Source: an uncultured Gammaproteobacteria bacterium
GTDB lineage: Bacteria; Patescibacteriota; Microgenomatia; Levybacterales; GWA1-39-11
NCBI GenBank assembly: GCA_964452165.1
Contig: CAYVKP010000001.1
Span: 426,375 to 490,374 of the forward strand
DNA: 64,000 nucleotides
Reading direction: 5' to 3'
Part shown: positions 56,666 to 64,000 of the stretch, piece by piece
Numbering within the stretch: position 1 is the first letter of the stretch
Layout of the letters: every line of letters starts with the position of its first letter
Notes under the pieces: generated by a model
Databases searched by the model: none
What the model was told of the DNA's origin: nothing
Seen by the model: only the letters and a program-made list of their open reading frames with translations
Made by a program: the position numbers and the translations under genes

Positions 56666-58271
56666 ATTCTTGCTTTTAAGCATAATTGTCTCCATCTTTG
56701 CCATTTTGGATTTATTCAATTATGGAATTCCTCCAACTCACGACGGAGAGTATCACGTTTTAAGATTCTGGCAATTTTATAAAGTTCTTGCATCTGGATT
56801 TTTGTATCCAAGATGGGCGCCCGATTTTAATAATGGTTTTGGGGTCCCTCTTTTTAATTATGTATATCCTCTTCCCAACTACATTGCCTCACTTTTTCAT
56901 TTTCTAGGATTTGGTTTTATCGATTCGCTCAAATTGAATATGGTGTCGGCAACCATTATAGGTGGGATATTTTTTTATCTCTGGACAAAAAAATATTGGG
57001 GGGAATTGGGAGGAGCGTTATCTTCAGTTTTTTATACTTTTTCTCCTTACCATTTCGTTGATATATATGTAAGAGGATCTGTTGGAGAGGTATGGGCCCT
57101 TGCTATCTTCCCGATACTTTTGTGGTCTTACGACGGTTTTATTGCAACTAAAAAAAGAACTTATCTTGCATTTTCTTGCGTAAGTCTGGGGCTTTTAATA
57201 CTTGCACATAACATATTAGCGTTAATGTTCTTCTGTTTTTTTATTTTATATTCTGCAATAGGATTTAAAAATAAAAGTGATTTATTGGCGTTTGCAATAA
57301 TAGTTTTGGTTGGGTTGGGTCTTGCCTCTCCTTTCTGGCTTCCCGCTCTTCTTGAGACCAAGTATGTTCAGGGACTTGCGATATTTGATATCAGTGCAGG
57401 TTTTACTGCCGTACATAAGTTTTTCGTCCCCACCTGGGGTTTCGGTATTTCTCCAAATGACCCATTAAATCCGATGTCGGTACAGATAGGCTATGCAAAT
57501 CTGTTTGCAATTTTTGTAAGTGCCATTTCCCTTATTTTTAAGAAACTAGGTAAGCTATCCATATTCTTTCTATTGTCATTTTTTGCAGTATTTTTCTTAA
57601 TGACTCCTTACTCAATTTTCCTTTGGAAACATATTCCTCTTTTTTCATATTTTCAATTTCCCTGGCGGCTTTTAAGTCTTGAGATTTTGATTTGCTCATA
57701 TCTTGCGGGGGGTGTAGTTTCAAATATAAAGGTGGAAAACAAAAAAATGAAATTCGTATTAATTATTGGCCTTTTTAGTTTGCCTTTATTGTTAGGTATT
57801 AGATATAGAAAGGCTTTCGTTTACTATCCAAGAAATGATAGTCATTATCTATCAAGATCTAACTTTACAGATGGGACTAATAGTCCGGGAAATGCATTTA
57901 ATACAAAGTGGTTGGACAAAGTTCCTCCTAAAGCCAAGAGCAGGATTAGTATTACAGGTGGTTCGGTTACATTAAAAAACTTGAAGATAACTCCCTTGTC
58001 TTATAATTTAGAAACAAGCTCCAGCCTAAGCTCTACCCTGCGAATTAATGCTGCCTATTTCCCGGGTTGGGAGGGGTCGCTCGACGGGCATAAGGTTTCC
58101 CTAGTTAACAAAAAAGGTTTAATATCGCTTGATATTCCAGAAGGCAACCATAAAGTACGGGTTTTTCTTGGAAGCACCAATATTCAAAAAATTTCCTATG
58201 TTTATTTTCTCCTTTCCCTCTTGTTTTTGGCTTTAATAACCAGAAGAACTATTGGTATAATTAAAAAATGA
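56631..58271 (+). CDS. PTPS-related GT-C membrane protein
   Basis: THDGEYH, PRWAPDFNNGFG.P, SPYH..YVRGSVGE, AHN, FQFPWR, YFPGW. Confidence 0.8.
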   Translation: MRTAKALYTKYKFLLLSIIVSIFAILDLFNYGIPPTHDGEYHVLRFWQFYKVLASGFLYPRWAPDFNNGFGVPLFNYVYPLPNYIASLFHFLGFGFIDSLKLNMVSATIIGGIFFYLWTKKYWGELGGALSSVFYTFSPYHFVDIYVRGSVGEVWALAIFPILLWSYDGFIATKKRTYLAFSCVSLGLLILAHNILALMFFCFFILYSAIGFKNKSDLLAFAIIVLVGLGLASPFWLPALLETKYVQGLAIFDISAGFTAVHKFFVPTWGFGISPNDPLNPMSVQIGYANLFAIFVSAISLIFKKLGKLSIFFLLSFFAVFFLMTPYSIFLWKHIPLFSYFQFPWRLLSLEILICSYLAGGVVSNIKVENKKMKFVLIIGLFSLPLLLGIRYRKAFVYYPRNDSHYLSRSNFTDGTNSPGNAFNTKWLDKVPPKAKSRISITGGSVTLKNLKITPLSYNLETSSSLSSTLRINAAYFPGWEGSLDGHKVSLVNKKGLISLDIPEGNHKVRVFLGSTNIQKISYVYFLLSLLFLALITRRTIGIIKK

Positions 58272-59323
58272 GAATAGCAGTTGATACGTCTCCTATAGGA
58301 AAAAAATCGGACTCGGCGCATAAGGTTCGTGGTGTAGGCATGTACATAAATATGTTGGTAGATAACCTTCCAAAATTTGATAAAAAGAATGAATATATTT
58401 TTTTTGAGGGGAATAAGTATCCTGAAAATGTGGATTTAGTTCATTATCCCTATTTCGATCCCTTTTTTTTGACTTTACCCTCCAGCATTAAAAAAAAGTT
58501 TGCAGTTACTGTTCACGATTTAACTCCACTTGTGTTCAAAAAAAATTTCCCTGCTGGATTAAAGGGTAACATCAGATGGCTACTTCAGAAGAAGAGATTA
58601 CAAGGGGCAGGAGTTGTAATTGCCGATTCCCAAGTTTCCAAGAGTGACATAGCAAAGATTGCCAGCATAGATCAGAATAAAATTAAAGTAGTATATCTTG
58701 CGGCAGACGCAAAGCTTAAAAAAATTACAGGTTCTTCCTGGAAAATTTCGATCAGGAAAAAATATTCACTGCCCGACAATTTCTTACTTTACGTAGGTGA
58801 TGCCACGTGGAATAAAAATTTACCAAATCTCATTGAGGCAATTCAAAAAACTGATAGCAAACTGGTTATGGTTGGCAAAGTATGGGAAAATTCCTCAACA
58901 GAAATTCTGAATCACCCCTGGAATAATGATCTGAAAAAAACTCTATCGCAAGTTCAAAAAGACGATAGATTTATTCGTTTGGGTTTTGTCCCAACTGAAG
59001 ATCTTGCCGCGATATATAATTTGTCGACAGCGCTTTTAATGCCTTCAATATACGAGGGTTTTGGCCTACCGGTACTTGAGGCAATGTCTTGCGGGTGTCC
59101 AGTTATCTGTTCTCGAGGAGGAAGTCTGCCGGAAGTCGGAGCAGAAGCCGCATATTATATGGACGGATTTGATAGTAGCAGCATAGCCGAGGCAATAGAA
59201 AAAGTTGTCGGAGGTATTGACTTACAAAAGAAGTTATCAGAAAGAGGGTTGGTCCAAGCAAAGAAGTTTTCAATTGAAAAATCAATTAGATCCCTCGTGG
59301 AAACATATGAAGGCATTTATTAA
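58268..59323 (+). CDS. GT4 glycosyltransferase (mannosyltransferase-like)
   Basis: RGVGMY, TVHDL, KNL, YEGFGLPVLEAM. Confidence 0.9.
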   Translation: MRIAVDTSPIGKKSDSAHKVRGVGMYINMLVDNLPKFDKKNEYIFFEGNKYPENVDLVHYPYFDPFFLTLPSSIKKKFAVTVHDLTPLVFKKNFPAGLKGNIRWLLQKKRLQGAGVVIADSQVSKSDIAKIASIDQNKIKVVYLAADAKLKKITGSSWKISIRKKYSLPDNFLLYVGDATWNKNLPNLIEAIQKTDSKLVMVGKVWENSSTEILNHPWNNDLKKTLSQVQKDDRFIRLGFVPTEDLAAIYNLSTALLMPSIYEGFGLPVLEAMSCGCPVICSRGGSLPEVGAEAAYYMDGFDSSSIAEAIEKVVGGIDLQKKLSERGLVQAKKFSIEKSIRSLVETYEGIY

Positions 59324-60566
59324 AAAAACTTTTGCTAACAAATTTTTGTCGGCCACCCTTTGGGTATTCCTTGGAACCGGTTTCATGAATTTCGGGAGTT
59401 ACGTCTACCACCTGTTGATGGGTAGAATGCTGGGTGTTTCTCTATATGGAGCACTTGAGAGCGTTATCTCGCTTCTTTATATATTGTTTGTGCCAACTCT
59501 TGCTCTAAGTTTGGTAGTCGTCAAGTTCGTCTCAGAGTATAAAGGCAAGGGAGAGAAAACCTTAATGAGCGATCTGTATAACTACGCCTTCAGTAAGTTG
59601 GTTTTGCTTGGGGTTGCAACTTCGGTCTTGGTTATTCTTTTGACTCCTATTCTAAAATCATTCTTGCATCTTTCATCAAACTTTTTAATTCCAATTCTTG
59701 CGTTGACCTTTTTGCTAAATCTTGTTTACACCCTTAATAAGAGTGTAGTCCAGGGTACATCATCATTTTTTAAATTCGGAATTCTAAACTTTCTTGAAAC
59801 AGCCGGAAAGCTTGTTTTTGCTGTTGTATTGGTTTGGTTGGGTTTTAAAGTGGAGGGCGCATTCGCCGCTACCGGAATAGGACTTTTGTTAGGATTTGTC
59901 CTATCGATAAGTTTTATACGTGGCATTATTAAAACTAAATTTGATATTAGTGCTAAATTCTCAAAGCAAAAAAACCTACTTAAATTTGCAATCCCCACAT
60001 TTATAACAACGCTTGCTCTCATGTCATTGTTCACAACTGACATCGTTTTGGTCAGACATTTTTTCAGCGGAACAGAATCGGGGTATTACTCAGCGTTGTC
60101 GGTTTTGGGAAAGATAGTTTACTACGGAGCATCGCCGATTGTTTTTGTAGTCTTTCCCATGGTGTCAGAATCTCACGCAAGAGGAGATAGATATCAAAAG
60201 TTTTTGATAGGCGGTTTTGCTATTACTCTTGCAATATGTTCTGCGATAACTATTATTTACTTTACTGCCTCAAATCTAATGGTTAATCTACTGTTCGGAC
60301 CTAAATTTTCACCAATTGCTCCCCTCCTTGGTTTGTTCGCAGTATTCATTTCCATATATGCTTTGGGATCATTGCTCGCAAACTTTTATCTTTCTATTCA
60401 TAAAACAACATCTTCTATAATCGTTGCTGTTGCCGCTATCGCGCAGATAATTTTGATAAATTTTTTCCACGCAAATCTCTCTCAGGTAATATGGGTTTCT
60501 ATAATAGTTACATTTTTACTTCTAATATCCCTTTTGCTATACTATCCGCATGCAAAAAGTGGATAA
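59307..60566 (+). CDS. Wzx-family oligosaccharide flippase
   Basis: About 12 TM segments; D.VLVRHFF...GYYSA..LGKI and FP motif. Start moved to ATG 59307. Confidence 0.82.
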   Translation: MKAFIKKTFANKFLSATLWVFLGTGFMNFGSYVYHLLMGRMLGVSLYGALESVISLLYILFVPTLALSLVVVKFVSEYKGKGEKTLMSDLYNYAFSKLVLLGVATSVLVILLTPILKSFLHLSSNFLIPILALTFLLNLVYTLNKSVVQGTSSFFKFGILNFLETAGKLVFAVVLVWLGFKVEGAFAATGIGLLLGFVLSISFIRGIIKTKFDISAKFSKQKNLLKFAIPTFITTLALMSLFTTDIVLVRHFFSGTESGYYSALSVLGKIVYYGASPIVFVVFPMVSESHARGDRYQKFLIGGFAITLAICSAITIIYFTASNLMVNLLFGPKFSPIAPLLGLFAVFISIYALGSLLANFYLSIHKTTSSIIVAVAAIAQIILINFFHANLSQVIWVSIIVTFLLLISLLLYYPHAKSG

Positions 60567-61323
60567 AATCAATCTCATTTCGTTTGTTGTCCCAGCTTAC
60601 AAACAACAAAAAACAATAGTAAAAGACATAAGTAATCTTAAGAAAGTTCTGTCAGCCCTTCCTTACAAATATGAAATAATTGTTGTGGTTGATGGAAGAC
60701 TTGATAACACCGCCGACAGATTAAATCGGTACAGGAAAGATGATACCGTCGTCTTAGAATATGAAAAAAATCAAGGCAAGGGTTTTGCTGTTAAACACGG
60801 CGTATTAACAGCAAAGGGAGACCTTATAGGTTTTATTGATGCGGGAATGGATCTTGATCCGTCTGTAATTTCGATAATGATAGATTTGATGGAATGGAAC
60901 AACGCCGACATTGTGATTGGCAGTAAGCTTCATCCTGATTCTAAAGTTAAATATCCGCTCATAAGAAAAATCTTATCCTGGGGGTGGAGGAGCTTGACAC
61001 ATATAATATTCGGATTTTCAATCAAAGATACTCAGGTGGGTCTTAAATTATTTAAAAGAAGGGTAGCAAGAGATGTATTTCCGAGGCTTCTCGTAAAGAG
61101 ATTTGCTTTTGATGTTGAGATGCTATCTTTGGCGTATGCTTTGGGTTATAGGAAGATAATCGAGGCACCCGTTAGGCTTAATTTTAGGAATACTAGCTCC
61201 ATCACGTCCTCTAATTTCTGGAAAGAGATATTTCAAATGCTTTGGGACAGCGCTGCTGTTTTTTATAGAGTTAAGTTAATTAAATACTACAGAAAAAGTA
61301 ATAAAAAAAACTGGTTAAATTAG
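60550..61323 (+). CDS. GT2 polyprenol-phosphate glycosyltransferase (DPG synthase-like)
   Basis: NQGKGFAV, FIDAGMD, DTQVGLK, FAFDVE. Confidence 0.85.
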   Translation: MQKVDKINLISFVVPAYKQQKTIVKDISNLKKVLSALPYKYEIIVVVDGRLDNTADRLNRYRKDDTVVLEYEKNQGKGFAVKHGVLTAKGDLIGFIDAGMDLDPSVISIMIDLMEWNNADIVIGSKLHPDSKVKYPLIRKILSWGWRSLTHIIFGFSIKDTQVGLKLFKRRVARDVFPRLLVKRFAFDVEMLSLAYALGYRKIIEAPVRLNFRNTSSITSSNFWKEIFQMLWDSAAVFYRVKLIKYYRKSNKKNWLN

Positions 61324-61324
61324 A

Positions 61325-62437
61325 GTGAATATATTAATTCTTAATTGGAGAGATATTAAAAATCCGCAATCTGGTGGAGCTGAGATTTTGACACACGAAT
61401 TGGCAAAGAGAATGGTTGGGGACGGTCAGAACGTCATCCAATTTTCCTCAAGATACAAAAACTCAAAGGCGAGTGAGATGGTGGATGGGGTAAAAATAAT
61501 AAGAAGGGGTAATCCTGATGCTAGGACGCTCTTTTCCTCCGTTCATTATGAAGCTTACAAATATTATAAAAAAAATTTAAAAGGGAAAGTCGATTTGGTT
61601 ATTGATGAAGTTCATGGTATTCCTTTCTTTACCCCCTTGTATGTTAAAGAAAAAAAAGTAGTTTTAATATGCGAGGTCGCAGGAAAGTTGTGGGACGTTG
61701 CCGTAAAGTTCCCTTTTAATTTTTTTGGGAAAAGCGTTGAAAAAATTTATCCTTTTCTTTATAAAAACTTACCCGTGATAACAATATCCAATTCTTCAAA
61801 GAATGAACTTGTAGACTTGGGATTTTCAAAAAAAAGTACAAGCGTAATTAAGCTCGGCTGTGATACTCCAATCATCTCAAATCCAAAAAAAAATAAATTT
61901 CCAACTCTCATATTCGTAGGAAGACTGACTCGTCAGAAGGGAATAGAAGACGCAATTCTGGTAACGTCTATCTTAAAAAAAAGTTTTCCCAGGATTTGCC
62001 TATGGGTTATAGGTAGGGGACAGGATAGATATGTGAGATACTTGAATGAGCTTATTAAAAAAAGTTCTCTTGAACAGAATGTGAAGCTTTGGGGTTTTGT
62101 AGAAGACGATGAAAAAAATAAATTACTCGAGAAGTCTCATGTATTGATTTCTCCCTCAGCCAAGGAGGGCTGGGGATTAACAGTGCATGAAGCGGGCGCA
62201 AGGGGTACTCCGTCTGTGACCTATAACGTTGAAGGTTTGAGGGAAGTGGTTATTCCCGGTAAGAATGGATTACTATCAAAAACCAATACACCGGGGGACA
62301 TGGCAAAATCAGTAGAGCTCTTACTAAGTGACAAAAAAAAGTATGAGCAAATGCAGCAAGGAGCGATAGAGGAGAGGAAAAAGTTTACCTGGCAGGCAAC
62401 TTATAACAACTTCAAATCTATAATTGACAATGATTAA
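61325..62437 (+). CDS. GT4 glycosyltransferase
   Basis: NWRD..NP.SGGAE, VGRL..QKG, KEGWGLTVHEA. Confidence 0.9.
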   Translation: MNILILNWRDIKNPQSGGAEILTHELAKRMVGDGQNVIQFSSRYKNSKASEMVDGVKIIRRGNPDARTLFSSVHYEAYKYYKKNLKGKVDLVIDEVHGIPFFTPLYVKEKKVVLICEVAGKLWDVAVKFPFNFFGKSVEKIYPFLYKNLPVITISNSSKNELVDLGFSKKSTSVIKLGCDTPIISNPKKNKFPTLIFVGRLTRQKGIEDAILVTSILKKSFPRICLWVIGRGQDRYVRYLNELIKKSSLEQNVKLWGFVEDDEKNKLLEKSHVLISPSAKEGWGLTVHEAGARGTPSVTYNVEGLREVVIPGKNGLLSKTNTPGDMAKSVELLLSDKKKYEQMQQGAIEERKKFTWQATYNNFKSIIDND

Positions 62438-63758
62438 GGTTATCAAAAAGAAATATATTTACATCATCCTTCTGGTAATTATAGTTCTCGGCTTTTTTCT
62501 GAGAAAGCACGACTTAAATACATGGCCAAGACTTGGGGCAACCTTTGATGAATATGCATGGACCTGGCAGGGAATGAATCTTATAGAGAAGGGGGTACCG
62601 ATTTCTTGGTCTCCTCATCCTCAGTATAAAAATGCAAAAGAAATCATTTACCAAAAAACACATTTTAGACTCGTAACTCCATACCTTGAGCACCCGCCAC
62701 TATTTGGTCTGGTTGCGGGAGGGTTTGCTATATTAAGAGGTGCACAAGACATGTATCATCTTGAGCTTAGATATATTCGTCCTCTGGCATTGTTACTTGG
62801 AACAATTAGTATATTTTTGGTTTATTTACTCGCAAGCGAAATATACGACAAAAGAGTAGGCATTCTTTCCTCAGTACTTTATGCTGTTGTTCCTACTGTC
62901 GCGGTTGGATCAAGAATAGTCCAGAATGAAAACTTTTTCATACCTCTTTGGTTGTGTAGTCTATTTTTAATAACGAAATTTATCAAAACGAAAAATCCCA
63001 CATATAGAAATATTGCTGCCGTTATTTGTGGACTTTTGATTTTAGCCAAAATTCCTTGGATCGCAGCCGCTGGATCAATAATTCTCATCTTGATGTATTT
63101 GAAGAAATATAAAGACGCTGGAATGTTTGCCGCCATTGTAATTCCGATCGCACTTATTTATCTTGTTTATGGAATTTATTTTGATTCCAAACTTTTCTTC
63201 AGTCTTTGGGGACTCCAGCTTAACCGATACGACATAAGTTTTACAAGTATATTTGCCTTATTCCAAAAGCCATATCTCGTTGACCGTTTTTTAACTGATG
63301 GGTGGATTTATTTTGGTTGGTTTGCCTACGTCTTATTGTTGGCCAAAGATTTTAAGAAAAATTTTATTATAATCCTGGCCTTATTATCTTATTTTGTAAT
63401 TTTTCTGGCTGGAATTCCGGATGAACCGGGACACGGCTGGTATAGATATCCATTCTATCCCTTCCTGATTATTTCTATTGCTCTTTTCATTAAGGAATAT
63501 TTCAATAAAAATTATCTCCTAACGTTTTTCTTCCTGGTTTTGGTAGGTGCTCCCCTGTTACAGTTGACATGGGTTCCAGTATTCGGATTTTCATATTTCA
63601 TATTTAGGTTGGCGATAATAGGCTGGAGTACATCTTTATTACCCGTTTTTATTCCAAATAAGAGCTTAGCTAGGTTTTCGCATGTAGCGAGCTACATCTG
63701 GTTTGGATTGTTTATCATCCTTAGTATTTTTGCCACGCTACAGTATAATGAACAATAG
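62430..63758 (+). CDS. GT-C ArnT/PMT-family glycosyltransferase
   Basis: TFDEYAW, EHPPL, SRIVQNE, WYRYP; polytopic. Confidence 0.78.
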   Translation: MIKVIKKKYIYIILLVIIVLGFFLRKHDLNTWPRLGATFDEYAWTWQGMNLIEKGVPISWSPHPQYKNAKEIIYQKTHFRLVTPYLEHPPLFGLVAGGFAILRGAQDMYHLELRYIRPLALLLGTISIFLVYLLASEIYDKRVGILSSVLYAVVPTVAVGSRIVQNENFFIPLWLCSLFLITKFIKTKNPTYRNIAAVICGLLILAKIPWIAAAGSIILILMYLKKYKDAGMFAAIVIPIALIYLVYGIYFDSKLFFSLWGLQLNRYDISFTSIFALFQKPYLVDRFLTDGWIYFGWFAYVLLLAKDFKKNFIIILALLSYFVIFLAGIPDEPGHGWYRYPFYPFLIISIALFIKEYFNKNYLLTFFFLVLVGAPLLQLTWVPVFGFSYFIFRLAIIGWSTSLLPVFIPNKSLARFSHVASYIWFGLFIILSIFATLQYNEQ

Positions 63759-63779
63759 TAAAAAAAATCCACAGAAAGT

Positions 63780-64000
63780 ATGAAAGTTTTTATTACAGGT
63801 GCCGGAGGGCAGCTAGCCAGATCATTTTCAGAGATTAATTCTAAAAACGAGTTGCACCTCGTGGGTAAAGAAGACCTAGACGTTACAAATTTGAATCAAG
63901 TCCTTCAACAAGTAGCTGCATTTAAGCCCGATATAATTTTCCATTTTGCCTCTATGACACGCGGAGATGAATGTACAAAAAATCCAGACCGAGCGTATGA
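63780..64000 (+). CDS. rmlD: dTDP-4-dehydrorhamnose reductase-like SDR, 3' truncated
   Basis: Translated by hand: MKVFITGAGGQLARSF...DLDVT...KPDIIFHFASMT..DEC..NP..AY. Confidence 0.7.
   Translation, partial: MKVFITGAGGQLARSFSEINSKNELHLVGKEDLDVTNLNQVLQQVAAFKPDIIFHFASMTRGDECTKNPDRAY

Noticed and set aside
21151-58271. Pterin-biosynthesis role for the PTPS-related proteins
   Set aside because: The family name is historical. These are polytopic membrane proteins with GT-C-like acidic loops and no T-fold PTPS motifs.
54401-62340. A8-A9 homopolymer runs in glycosylation genes as phase-variation tracts
   Set aside because: All frames are intact, such runs are expected in Lys-rich AT-rich genes, and no long G/C tracts were seen.
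300-63136. Numerous 60-190 aa ORFs nested in or antisense to long genes (e.g. 6689-7249, 18247-18753, 29597-30007)
   Set aside because: They are shadow ORFs of well-supported genes, with no motifs or expression signals.

Overview
Bacterial DNA using genetic code 11. Gene content, the near-absence of Shine-Dalgarno motifs and the -10 boxes just upstream of start codons suggest Patescibacteria/CPR, probably Microgenomates (inference). The first 12.6 kb holds housekeeping and stress genes: a GH13 glucosidase, a Cys-rich peptide, a SET protein, ribE/ribH/riboflavin kinase, lon with a CIRCE-like operator, and ligD-ku NHEJ. From 12.6 to 15.2 kb, four small unrelated genes abut the 3' end of a minus-strand tRNA-Glu(CTC). 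Each intergenic gap carries a co-oriented degenerate repeat sharing the tRNA 3'-end core, which looks like an integrase-less cassette array built by serial integration; one cargo gene resembles an ADP-ribosyltransferase fold. From 15.2 to 64 kb lies a roughly 49-kb surface-glycosylation locus with about 18 predicted GT-C membrane proteins, 9 GT2, 3 GT4, 2 flippases, galE and a partial rmlD. It is interrupted by a 2.8-kb cassette (HD hydrolase plus split PEP-synthase-like phosphotransferase) flanked by a synonymously recoded duplication of a GT2 gene's 3' end. All family calls come from motif recognition by eye; no searches were run.
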